Positions 50,547-59,581 of a stretch of 64,000 nt of DNA are shown here, in pieces (the first letter of the stretch is position 1; every line of letters starts with the position of its first letter). The stretch covers positions 2,468-66,467 of the forward strand of contig JACPWY010000007.1 of NCBI GenBank assembly GCA_016196825.1, in the 5' to 3' direction. The notes beneath the pieces were generated by a model. That model was not told where the DNA came from. It did not search any database and was given only the letters and a program-made list of their open reading frames with translations. Source of the DNA: Deltaproteobacteria bacterium (GTDB lineage: Bacteria; Bdellovibrionota; FAC87; UBA2466). Position numbers and translations under genes: made by a program.

Positions 50547-51737
50547 GTGCGCTCACCCAACCCCAGACTCCGAAATATCCGGGAACGCCTCGCTCGCCAG
50601 ACGGAGAGCGATTTCGGCATTGGTGTGGTCAGCCGAAACAGCGTGGATGCGGCGATCGAGGCGGCCTACGCCGCCAATCGCCCGGTGATGCTGATTGCGA
50701 CTCGGCGGCAGGTGGAATCGGCCGAATTGGGCGGTGGGTATGTGAATGGGTGGACGACGCGAACCTTTGCACAGTATGTGCGGGCTCGCGATCCGAATGG
50801 CCTCATTCTTCTCGGCCGAGACCACGGTGGCCCCTGGCAGCACCCGCTTGAACTTGATCGCAACTATGATGAGGCCCGGGCGTTGCGCTCGGCGATCGAC
50901 TCATACCGAGAGGATATCGACAACGGCTTTGATCTTCTCCACATCGACACCGGCAGCTCCCTGCATGGAGAGCCATCGGTCGAGAAGGCCGTGGAGCGGA
51001 TGGTTATTCTTTATGACTGGTGCATTCGTTACGCTGCTCTCCACGAAAAGGAGATTGGAATTGAGGTCGGAGCCGAGGACCAGCGCAATGAGGCCGCCGA
51101 CCCGAAATCGTTCGCCGTCACGCATGACAAGATAGTGCAGAGCCTTCGGGCCAAGGGTTTGCCGCTGCCGCTTTTCGAGGTGGCGCAAACCGGAACGAAA
51201 GTCGTCGAGGATCGCAATACGGGGGTCTTCACCCAGGTCTCAAGGCAGTCTCAAACCGCTCGAAATGTTCGCGGCATGGTCGAGATCGCCGGCCGGGATG
51301 GTGTCTACATCAAGGCGCACAATTGCGATTATCTCAATGACCAAGAGCTTAAGGCTTTTGCTGGGTTGGGTGTCGGCGGGATCAATGTGGCGCCGGAACT
51401 CGGGGTCTTTGAGACCCGATCCCTATTGAGGTTATTGGAGGCGCGCGGCCTCACCGAAGAGAAGGCGGCCTTTGTTGTGCTCGCCCAACGTTCGGGGAAG
51501 TGGAAGAAATGGTTGAGTGATGGGCGTCGGGCGACTTCTGTGGAATGCGCCGTCTTGGGTGGCCATTACGTTTTTGCGACCGAAGAATGTGTTCGCATCA
51601 AGGAGACCCTGGCCCACCGAATGGGGCGGACCGTTGCTGAGCTCGACCAATTGCTCATCGGAGATCTTGTTGGCTGCATCCAACGCTACTGGGCGAAAAC
51701 AAAACAACCATGGCAGACCTTGAACGGCGCGGCCTAG
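50547..51737 (+). CDS. GatZ/KbaZ-like (tagatose-6-phosphate 4-epimerase-like) TIM-barrel protein
   Basis: IATRRQV..GGY, GRDHGGPWQ, LLHIDT, KAHNCDY, NVAPELG. Confidence 0.75.
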   Translation: MRSPNPRLRNIRERLARQTESDFGIGVVSRNSVDAAIEAAYAANRPVMLIATRRQVESAELGGGYVNGWTTRTFAQYVRARDPNGLILLGRDHGGPWQHPLELDRNYDEARALRSAIDSYREDIDNGFDLLHIDTGSSLHGEPSVEKAVERMVILYDWCIRYAALHEKEIGIEVGAEDQRNEAADPKSFAVTHDKIVQSLRAKGLPLPLFEVAQTGTKVVEDRNTGVFTQVSRQSQTARNVRGMVEIAGRDGVYIKAHNCDYLNDQELKAFAGLGVGGINVAPELGVFETRSLLRLLEARGLTEEKAAFVVLAQRSGKWKKWLSDGRRATSVECAVLGGHYVFATEECVRIKETLAHRMGRTVAELDQLLIGDLVGCIQRYWAKTKQPWQTLNGAA

Positions 51738-52219
51738 CGGTTGCGCTCACGGAGATGTCTCTCTCCGAACAATTGGATAACGCGCCAAAGCCAGCTGATC
51801 CCGGCCAGGCGTCGCTCATTCTTGGCTCGACCAAAACTTGCAAATTGGTGACTAAGCATTGGGGCTATGAAAAATGGATCGTGCACGCCGGGGCGCCCTT
51901 TGCCTTTAAGCTCCTGTTTCTCAAAGCCGGCTTTCGTACGAGTCTCCAGTACCACGAAAAAAAGGAGGAGTGCATGCTCCTTCTCTCGGGTTGGGTCCGC
52001 CTTCATTACCAGGATGAGGCCGGCTTACCGAAAACAATGGATCTCAACGCCGGACACACGATCCACGTCAAACCCAATACGGTTCACCGCGTGGAAGCGA
52101 TCAACGACTCCTTTTACGCCGAGGTCTCAACGGCTGAGCTGGATGACGTGATCCGGATTCAGGATGATAATGGCCGACCCGATGGTCACATCGCCCGTGA
52201 GCACAAGGGGAAGGCGTGA
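51710..52219 (+). CDS. Cupin (mannose-6-phosphate isomerase type II-like)
   Basis: K.WGYE, SLQYHEKKEE, VHR, EVST..DD.IR..D. Confidence 0.8.
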   Translation: MADLERRGLAVALTEMSLSEQLDNAPKPADPGQASLILGSTKTCKLVTKHWGYEKWIVHAGAPFAFKLLFLKAGFRTSLQYHEKKEECMLLLSGWVRLHYQDEAGLPKTMDLNAGHTIHVKPNTVHRVEAINDSFYAEVSTAELDDVIRIQDDNGRPDGHIAREHKGKA

Positions 52220-52950
52220 TCGGACTCTTCATTCTCTGCTACAGAGTGGGTCGGCGCATTCAAGATGTTGTGATGACACTCCCCGAATCTGTCATCAATT
52301 CTGTCGATGAGATCATCGTCATCGACAACGGCAGCGATGACGACACGGCCGTCTGGGCGGAAAGAGCCATTCAGAAACGCTGTGACCCGAAGTTTGCCCT
52401 CCTCAGAAACCCGAGAAATTACGGCTATGGAGGCTCTCACAAGGTGGCCTTCGACTATTTTCTCTCACGCAGAATGGACTACGCCATTCTCTACCACGGT
52501 GATGGCCAGGGCGACTCAGAGGCCTTGAAGGAGCTCATCCGAATGGCGCAGGAGAATCGCTGGGATTTTGTGATTGGCAGTCGTTTCAAAGACATTGCCC
52601 GTCTCAGCGGGAGGTATTCGTTGGGGCGCCGTTGGGGAAATCTGTTCTTTGTGTGGTTGCAGAAGATTGTGTCAGGACTCAACATCACCGACCCCGGGAG
52701 CGGAGAGGTGGCTTACTCTCTCAATTTCATTAAGAGGCACATCCCATACCGGCAATTGACCGATTCCTTTCACTTCACGCCACAACTGCTCCTCCATGCG
52801 AGCCGTCGGAAGGTCTCGATCACGGAGATCCCCATCAGCTGGGGCGAGGTCGAGACGAGTTCCGCAAACATCTACCGCCACGCCTGGAACATGCTGAAGA
52901 TGCTTGTCCGATTTCGGCTCTCAGGGCGCCTCGACGCTTTTCGCAGCTGA
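52216..52950 (+). CDS. GT2 (Dpm1-like) glycosyltransferase
   Basis: DNGSDD, N.GYGG, HGDGQ, GSRF. Confidence 0.88.
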   Translation: MIGLFILCYRVGRRIQDVVMTLPESVINSVDEIIVIDNGSDDDTAVWAERAIQKRCDPKFALLRNPRNYGYGGSHKVAFDYFLSRRMDYAILYHGDGQGDSEALKELIRMAQENRWDFVIGSRFKDIARLSGRYSLGRRWGNLFFVWLQKIVSGLNITDPGSGEVAYSLNFIKRHIPYRQLTDSFHFTPQLLLHASRRKVSITEIPISWGEVETSSANIYRHAWNMLKMLVRFRLSGRLDAFRS

Positions 52951-54696
52951 TTCGCACCAAAGTTTGAAATCAAAGATCTCCTTTGTGGGAGGAACGGTGA
53001 CGGGACCGCCCGTGACGAGTCCCCAGGTCTGGTATCGCGTGCGGTCAATGTAGCTCGGAACGTGGTCGCGGAGGATCTTTTCCGGAATCACCTGGGAGGG
53101 AGCGGCTCCGGCCGCGATGAGGGCTCTCAAATTCGCATCCATCTTCTCAAGGTAGATCTTGTTCCAGGAGTGGGGACAACTTCTGACGTAGAAATCGCGA
53201 AGGGATCGACCCCAGTCGAGTGGCGTGTAGCCGTCGGAGTCGGCGATCTTCAGATCAGCACCGCTGGCAACGAGAGTTTTCACGAAGTCTGGGTTCAAAT
53301 TCAGTGTCGCTCGGACAGCCAAGATCAGCGGAGTGGTCTTGTTCTTTTTCCATCCGCTCAGTTCATTCACATCGGCCTTGGCATCGAGCAGCAGTTGGGC
53401 CAGTCGGTAGTCCGGTGTCTTTCCCGAGGGGAGCGAAGAGGTTTGTTCATTCTGGCTCATGACGGGATTGTTCGACATGCCTCCCATATGGCCGTGGTAT
53501 CGGACTGCCTCCCTCCAATGGGTGATTAGAGATTCTCCGAGTGGCCCAAACCCGGTTTCAAAATGGAAATCGACCGAGGCACCATACTCCTGAGTGAGTG
53601 ACTTGATGAAATCAAAGTAAGCCTCCGACCAACTATCTCCCTCTAAAATGGCTCGAATAGATTTTTTGAGAGCTTGAGTCAGGACTGCCTCGCTGAGCTT
53701 GGCGTCGGCCAGAAGAAGGAATGAAACCAGATTGCCTTCTCTGAACGCTGTCTCTGCCGCCAGATCCAGGCCGGACTGAGTGGGCCCGAGGGCCAGCATG
53801 ATTTTGAGAAACGCCTGGTTCCCGTGGACGGCCGCCCAGCCAAGTCCCAGGTTCACGACAGAGTCGTGCTCGTGGCTCACCTTGGTCATCTCAACGAGCG
53901 AGTCCAGTTGAGGTTGGGAGAGTTTGTATCTATAGAGAGTCTGGAAGAGGGTCATGCCATCGTGAGCGTGAGTATCGACACGAGCCCCATTGCGAATCAG
54001 AATCTTCACAACCTCGAATCGCTCATCATACGCGGCCAAATAGATCGGCGTTCGCCCAGCGCCGTCGCGACAGTTCGGGTTCACGAGATTGGGTTTCGCC
54101 AGAAGCTCCTCAACCTCATGAATATTTCCGAGTTTTGCTTCTTGAAGGAGTTTGAGCTCAAGAATGCGTTGCGATTGTTTCACTTCACCGGAAGGCTTGT
54201 AATAGGCGGCCCACACGGCGTTAGCCACCGAGGCCGCGAAAAGATCATCCTTGCCGAAGTGGTGCACGGCTTCGCCAATGAAGTGGCGAGTGGCATCGGC
54301 CTCGGTGTGCGCCTTGCAGTTGTCCTTGAAAAGGTAAAACGGAGTCCCCTTTGTTTCGGACGTATATCCGCAGAGAGTTGGGACCAACTTAAATTCTTCG
54401 AACTTCTTGTACTGGTCCCAAAGTTGTGGGCAGTTTTCGATCTCGGAAAGGAGTTCGCCGCGGTTATCGTCAAAAAATTTGAGAACGAGGGCATCATACC
54501 CGGTTTCCGCTGGGAAGGCCGCAACCTTGGCATCGCTCACCATCTTCATCGACTGACGCCAACCCTGCTCGAAAGTTCTAATAACTTTGTCGCCTCCCCG
54601 ACCGGGATCATTGCCGGGAATCGGTCCGCTTTCGCCGAATAGGATCGACCCGGCTATGAATGCGAATAGGCTTGCGGCTAGAGTCGTGGTTTTCAT
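52921..54696 (-). CDS. Secreted ankyrin-repeat protein
   Basis: Signal peptide; G.TPIYLAA, TPLILAV, GYTPLD ankyrin motifs. Confidence 0.8.
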   Translation of the reverse strand: MKTTTLAASLFAFIAGSILFGESGPIPGNDPGRGGDKVIRTFEQGWRQSMKMVSDAKVAAFPAETGYDALVLKFFDDNRGELLSEIENCPQLWDQYKKFEEFKLVPTLCGYTSETKGTPFYLFKDNCKAHTEADATRHFIGEAVHHFGKDDLFAASVANAVWAAYYKPSGEVKQSQRILELKLLQEAKLGNIHEVEELLAKPNLVNPNCRDGAGRTPIYLAAYDERFEVVKILIRNGARVDTHAHDGMTLFQTLYRYKLSQPQLDSLVEMTKVSHEHDSVVNLGLGWAAVHGNQAFLKIMLALGPTQSGLDLAAETAFREGNLVSFLLLADAKLSEAVLTQALKKSIRAILEGDSWSEAYFDFIKSLTQEYGASVDFHFETGFGPLGESLITHWREAVRYHGHMGGMSNNPVMSQNEQTSSLPSGKTPDYRLAQLLLDAKADVNELSGWKKNKTTPLILAVRATLNLNPDFVKTLVASGADLKIADSDGYTPLDWGRSLRDFYVRSCPHSWNKIYLEKMDANLRALIAAGAAPSQVIPEKILRDHVPSYIDRTRYQTWGLVTGGPVTVPPTKEIFDFKLWCESAAKSVEAP

Positions 54697-55481
54697 GTGC
54701 GCTCCTTAGGTAAAGTGAGAGGAAAAAGTTGGACGGCTAGGTGGTAGACGGCGGTGGCCGTCCCCATCTTTTCGAGCTCTTCTCCAAGGTCTCGCCGAAA
54801 TTGCCGAATGCGCTCCACGGCGTAGGGAATCGCCTCGGGGTTCATCGCGAAGACGAATCCGGAGACATCTCGGACCTCTAGGGAATCCGTTTCGAGTGAG
54901 GTGATGGCCTTTTCCAAAATCTGACGGTGGTATCGTCGGGTGGCAAGGGTCGATATCTTGTTGTCGAGTTTGAGCGGTGGTGTGCATTGACGCCATTGAC
55001 CGTTGACCTTTGCCACGAAACCCATTCGGGTGAGGCGGCGCATGGCCGTGCGCGCCTGATCGGGCGTGATCTTCAGCTGGCGCGCGATCCAAAGGGGGTT
55101 GAAGCGCGCCCCGGGCAATTCCAAGAGACTCAAGATGGCGAAATGGTACCACTCGGAAACGACGCTGAATTGATCGAGGCTCAGGTCGCGATAGACGGAA
55201 GGGGTGTGCTGACCCCGAGCCGATCCGTTGTGCAAGTCTTCTAGGATTGTTCGGTTTTCCTCTGGGCTCAAGGTCATCTCAGAGACGAGCCTCCGGGCCA
55301 ACTTTCGAGAGACGGGTCTTTTTCCGGCCAGGACTAGTGAAAGGAGCGAGTGGCTCACGCCGAGGGAACGGGCGAGTGAGCGGAGGGAGTAGCCCGGATT
55401 CTTACGCACCCGACGGCGCAAAACACCGTCGAGAATCTCCCGAGCCCCCTGGGGGCCTTTGAGTGGCAGCACCGTCGTCAT
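54693..55481 (-). CDS. TIGR02147-family HTH + DUF4423 protein
   Basis: NPGYSLRSLAR HTH, WYHFAI, H.Q.L..A, YHLAVQLFPL; ATG 55481 follows a TATAGT box. Confidence 0.85.
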   Translation of the reverse strand: MTTVLPLKGPQGAREILDGVLRRRVRKNPGYSLRSLARSLGVSHSLLSLVLAGKRPVSRKLARRLVSEMTLSPEENRTILEDLHNGSARGQHTPSVYRDLSLDQFSVVSEWYHFAILSLLELPGARFNPLWIARQLKITPDQARTAMRRLTRMGFVAKVNGQWRQCTPPLKLDNKISTLATRRYHRQILEKAITSLETDSLEVRDVSGFVFAMNPEAIPYAVERIRQFRRDLGEELEKMGTATAVYHLAVQLFPLTLPKERT

Positions 55482-55557
55482 GGAGCGCACTATAATGACG
55501 CTCAGCATTGCTGCGCAATATCTCTAGGAAACTATTGGTGAAAAATTTGTCACCAGG

Positions 55558-57165
55558 TTACAAAGTCACGGTTTTATTCGAGAATTCGGCCGGTTCCAGG
55601 AGAGCCATTCGCCACGTGGCGAGCTTCTCAAGGCCCACGGCGAGGAAATAGGCGTCGAGGGGTGGGACGTGGAGGGGCGCCATGTTGAAGAAGGTCGAGG
55701 CGGCCACGAGTTTGACGTGGTCCAGATCCCAATTCCGTTTGAGGCAATGGCTTTCAAACTTTTGCCGACAGGCCACGAGAAAGTCCGAGTCGTGGGTTTC
55801 CGCCGAAGGAACCCCATCTCGATCGATCGAAAGCCGGGGGCAGCCGCGGTTTCGAATGAGCTCGAAATTCACGCAGAGGCCGGCGTAAAGCTTTCCGAGA
55901 TCGTAGTACAGGTCTCCGTATGCCAGGCCGGCGAACTCCTCACGCCAGTCGATCAAGGAAAAGCCATCGTGGGTGCGGATCATATTTCCAAAATTCAGGT
56001 CTCCATGAAAGACACATGGAATCGCTTTATCGACAAATTGGGTCCAGGGAAACCCTTGCCATTCGATCTGCGCGCGTTTGATCGCTTTTGCCCAACGGTC
56101 GCCCGCTATCCCGCCGAGCTTTCGGGTCCCGAGGCATTTGAGGCGATCCGAGGTTTTTTGGCGATAGAACTCATCGCAACTTTTCCGGAACTGAGTTTCG
56201 TTGAACGATTTGGGGAGCGGAGTGGTCCAAAGCTGATCGGTCAGCCAGTTCATCAGAGCATCAAACGAGAAATGGTTTTCAGCTTGGTAGAGGGTCTTCC
56301 CACGAGAATAATCGTACGCGAAGAAATGGCGACCCAATTTCAGAACCTTGGGTACGCGGCCCTGGAGCAGGTGGGCCCGGGCCACCTTCTGCTTCACACT
56401 CTTTTCACTTGCGGACCATTTGATGACCGTGGGTGGAACGACGTAGGTCTGCTCGCTGGTCTTGGACCAGTCTGCGCCTGTTTCTCCGAGTTGGCGACGG
56501 GCTGCGGCGAGTGCCTCTGGGGTACCTGTGTCGAGCCAGTGAAAGCGTTTTCCGACGAGGCCGGGGATGAGAGCGGTGAGTCCGTTGGAGACCTGGCGTT
56601 CGTTTTGGATGAGGGTCGTGCGGCGCTCGAGAGCTTCCCAGAATTTTTCGGCGCTTCGAATGCCGGCGAGTCCGATGTAGGCGAGGTGGTTCTTGGTTGT
56701 GGCCGATTTGTCGGAGAGATCGAGGACATTTCCCCTTGGGTCGAGGGCGGCGGTGCAGAAGCGGGCCGGATTGTCGACGGGGGCAACGCCAATCCAGTTG
56801 GTGTCGATGGAAGGAATGGGATCGGTAACGAGGGTGTCGCAAGAGATGGTGTAGAAGGGGCCGGTGACGGCTTCTCGGCAGGCCAGGAGAGAGGTGCCAG
56901 GGCCTGAACCCGGGCCAGAGTAGTTATCGACTGTGATGAATTCGCATGATTGTTCGGGCCCTAAGATCTCAAGGTATTCCTTCAGTTGATCTTTGAGGTG
57001 GCCTATTGCGAAGATGCACCGATGGCCCGCGAATTTTTCCAGAATGTGATTGAGCACCGGCCGCCCGTGGATGGGCAGAAGGCCCTTGTGAAGAGTGTCG
57101 GCCTGGGCCCCAAATCGCGAACCACGGCCGGCGGCGAGGATGATGACGGGTGCTTTGTGGTTCAT
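55558..57165 (-). CDS. Nucleotidyltransferase fused to APH/choline-kinase-like phosphotransferase
   Basis: LAAGRGSR..K and WLDTG (NTP transferase); HGDLNFGN, IDWR, YYDLGK (kinase). Confidence 0.85.
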   Translation of the reverse strand: MNHKAPVIILAAGRGSRFGAQADTLHKGLLPIHGRPVLNHILEKFAGHRCIFAIGHLKDQLKEYLEILGPEQSCEFITVDNYSGPGSGPGTSLLACREAVTGPFYTISCDTLVTDPIPSIDTNWIGVAPVDNPARFCTAALDPRGNVLDLSDKSATTKNHLAYIGLAGIRSAEKFWEALERRTTLIQNERQVSNGLTALIPGLVGKRFHWLDTGTPEALAAARRQLGETGADWSKTSEQTYVVPPTVIKWSASEKSVKQKVARAHLLQGRVPKVLKLGRHFFAYDYSRGKTLYQAENHFSFDALMNWLTDQLWTTPLPKSFNETQFRKSCDEFYRQKTSDRLKCLGTRKLGGIAGDRWAKAIKRAQIEWQGFPWTQFVDKAIPCVFHGDLNFGNMIRTHDGFSLIDWREEFAGLAYGDLYYDLGKLYAGLCVNFELIRNRGCPRLSIDRDGVPSAETHDSDFLVACRQKFESHCLKRNWDLDHVKLVAASTFFNMAPLHVPPLDAYFLAVGLEKLATWRMALLEPAEFSNKTVTL

Positions 57166-57205
57166 GGGTGATGGATCCGTCAGCTCCGTTGCCCGATCAG
57201 AAGGA

Positions 57206-57742
57206 TTACAGTGTCCACTCGCCCGATCCGCTCAGGGATTTCGGGAGATGGTGTGGATCATAGGGCTCATAAAACTTTTCTAAAATGTGGAGCACCGCCT
57301 CGGAGACGGCGCGGCGGCCACCAGGGTTTTGAGTGGTGTAGTGCGCGGCCTGTTTGGCGATCACGCAGCCATCGGCGACGCAGATTCCGTAGCCGACGCT
57401 ATTGAAGACCCAGTTGTCGAAGATCCCATCGCCCATGTAGATAACTTTTTCGAGCGGCCACCGCGTCGCCATCCATTCGGAACGCCGCAGGGTGCTCACA
57501 AGCTCCAGCGGAAATTTCATGTCTTCAGCGACCCGACGCTGGGTAATGGGGAAACCCTTGCGATCACCCGTGACAAAGTGAATGGACACATGCGGGCGCA
57601 GAAGACAGAGTGCGTCGTTGTCATCGGCGCCAAATTCCTTCATCACCTTGCCTTCTGCCGAATAGAAAAAATTGCCCGGCGTCAAAACGCCATCGACATC
57701 AAACACCACCACAGCGGGTTGAAACGGAGCCTGCGAGTTCAT
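57206..57742 (-). CDS. KdsC-like HAD phosphatase
   Basis: FDVDGVLT, YMGD, GG..AV.E. Confidence 0.82.
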   Translation of the reverse strand: MNSQAPFQPAVVVFDVDGVLTPGNFFYSAEGKVMKEFGADDNDALCLLRPHVSIHFVTGDRKGFPITQRRVAEDMKFPLELVSTLRRSEWMATRWPLEKVIYMGDGIFDNWVFNSVGYGICVADGCVIAKQAAHYTTQNPGGRRAVSEAVLHILEKFYEPYDPHHLPKSLSGSGEWTL

Positions 57743-57825
57743 GGGGGATACTTCATTGTAGCAAGAAACCTCCCCGATTTTTGACGGGCCGCGGGGATCC
57801 TGATACCTGATGAGGACTCAAAGGA

Positions 57826-57899
57826 GGGCGGTTAGCTCAGCTGGATAGAGCACGTGGCTTCGAACCACGGGGCCAGGGGTTCGAATCCCTTACCGCCCA
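57826..57899 (+). tRNA. tRNA-Arg (anticodon UCG)
   Basis: GGGCGGT/ACCGCCC acceptor stem, D-arm, CGTGG-CTTCGAA-CCACG anticodon arm, GGTTCGAATCC T-arm; CCA not encoded. Confidence 0.95.
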
Positions 57900-57911
57900 C
57901 ACCCAAATTTA

Positions 57912-57960
57912 TGTATACATCAACACCATTTTTACGGTAAAATTGGTGTTGATGTATACA
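57912..57960. repeat. 24-bp inverted repeat covering the ATPase promoter and start codon
   Basis: TGTATACATCAACACCATTTTTAC-G-GTAAAATTGGTGTTGATGTATACA (1 mismatch). Confidence 0.85.
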
Positions 57961-59109
57961 CGTATGCTCAGGCCGGCGAGTAAGGCCTTCTTTCTTTTTG
58001 GCCCGCGAGGAACAGGCAAAAGTACCTGGTCAAAACAGGCCTTTCCTGGGGCTTCGCGCTTCGATCTTTTGCGCGCCTCGGAGTCTTTGCGATTTCAGAA
58101 GGCACCGTCCGAGTTTTCTGCGGAGGTCAGGGCCTTTCCCAAGGATCGTTGGGTCATTGTGGATGAGATCCAAAAAGTGCCGGCTCTCCTGGATGAAATC
58201 CATTCCCTCATGGAAAACGATGGCTACAACCACTTTGTTCTTACTGGTTCATCGGCCCGCAAACTGAGGCGGGGCGCCGCCAACCTGTTGGCCGGGCGCG
58301 CGACGCAAAAGTCACTTTTTCCGCTCAACAGTTTTGAAACGAATTTTTCATTGCCTCCGGAGCAGGTCCTAAACTTTGGACTTCTGCCGGAAAGTGTCAA
58401 CGCTCAGTCGGATGAGGCTCGGGAGGATTACTTGAATGCCTACGTTGAGACCTATCTTCAGGAGGAGATCAAGGCCGAGGCGTTGGTGAAGGATGTTGGG
58501 TCATTTGCCCGTTTCGTCCAGGTTGGGGCCTTGGTAGCCGCCCAGACCACCAATGTGTCGGGAGTAGCGCGCGATGCAGGAGTGGGTCGTGAGACCGTGA
58601 GAGGTTACTTTGAGGTCTTGGAGGACACTCTCCTCGGAAGTTGGTTACCGGCCTATCGGCCCAGGGCTAAAATTAAGGAAATCGGTCTGCCCAAGTTTTA
58701 TTGGTTTGACGCCGGAGTCCTGCGGGCGGCGTTCGACGGATTTCGCCAGCCTCTGCCATCCGATTATCGAGGTGTCCTACTCGAGCATTGGATAAATCAC
58801 GAGATGCTGAGCTATATGCACTACGGTAGAGTCAAGGGGTCACTTGGCTATTGGTCGACTCCCTCGGAAAGTAAAATCGATTTCTTGTGGTGGTACGGGG
58901 AAGCATTCGTTGCGATCGAAGTTAAGGCCGGCAAGGAATTTCGTTCGGAGTTCCTTAAGGGAATTACATCGTTTTCTCAAGGCAAAAAACTGAAGCGTTC
59001 CTTTGTTGTTTACTTGGGAAGCAAAGAGATGAAGGTCGGGCAAACTTGGATCTTTCCTGTGCAAAAGTTTCTCAAGGAGCTCTATGCGGGTGGGGTGTTT
59101 GGAGGCTGA
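57952..59109 (+). CDS. AAA+ ATPase (AAA_14) with DUF4143 and C-terminal PD-(D/E)XK-like domain
   Basis: GPRGTGKS, DEIQK, LTGSS, LAGR, PKFYWFD.G, IDF...IEVK. Confidence 0.9.
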   Translation: MYTRMLRPASKAFFLFGPRGTGKSTWSKQAFPGASRFDLLRASESLRFQKAPSEFSAEVRAFPKDRWVIVDEIQKVPALLDEIHSLMENDGYNHFVLTGSSARKLRRGAANLLAGRATQKSLFPLNSFETNFSLPPEQVLNFGLLPESVNAQSDEAREDYLNAYVETYLQEEIKAEALVKDVGSFARFVQVGALVAAQTTNVSGVARDAGVGRETVRGYFEVLEDTLLGSWLPAYRPRAKIKEIGLPKFYWFDAGVLRAAFDGFRQPLPSDYRGVLLEHWINHEMLSYMHYGRVKGSLGYWSTPSESKIDFLWWYGEAFVAIEVKAGKEFRSEFLKGITSFSQGKKLKRSFVVYLGSKEMKVGQTWIFPVQKFLKELYAGGVFGG

Positions 59110-59241
59110 GTGGCCTTCGGCCCATTCGATTTTTGAAGAAGTCCTCATGGAGCGGGGTAGGGCCAGCCGAGGGAGCGAGAGTTTATCGAGCCATTCGTTT
59201 GTCAGCGACGGAAAGAGGGCTCGGCGGTGGCGCCAGAAACT

Positions 59242-59556
59242 TTACCGCGCTTCATCCACGTAAAAATAGGCTTCAGGGTACTTCGCGCACAAATTCACAA
59301 GCTGTGGTTGATCGTATTGAACCGTGCAAAGCTGTTTGCCTTCTGTCGATTGCACGTGGCGGTACTCGTTAGCGTAATGCTGGCAGTACGGTTCCACGTA
59401 CTCGCGCACGCAAAGGGTTTTTCCCTCTTGGCTCTTCACGTAGGAATAGAGCTGCGGAAAGAGTTTGCAGACTGAGTTTTTGCTGTCGTAGTTGCGGACA
59501 CAGACCGAGGCTTGAGCCATTGAGGTCAAAGTGATCAGAGCCAATAGAAATTTCAT
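59242..59556 (-). CDS. Small secreted protein with three Cys-containing repeats
   Basis: GGAGG RBS; signal peptide; repeat C..xY...C...Y..V. Confidence 0.7.
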   Translation of the reverse strand: MKFLLALITLTSMAQASVCVRNYDSKNSVCKLFPQLYSYVKSQEGKTLCVREYVEPYCQHYANEYRHVQSTEGKQLCTVQYDQPQLVNLCAKYPEAYFYVDEAR

Positions 59557-59581
59557 GTTTCCTCCCCATGTTGGGAGAATC

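Noticed and set aside
57870-57899. tRNA 3'-end duplication (att site) marking an integrated island
   Set aside because: No second copy of the tRNA 3' end noticed in the window and no adjacent integrase.
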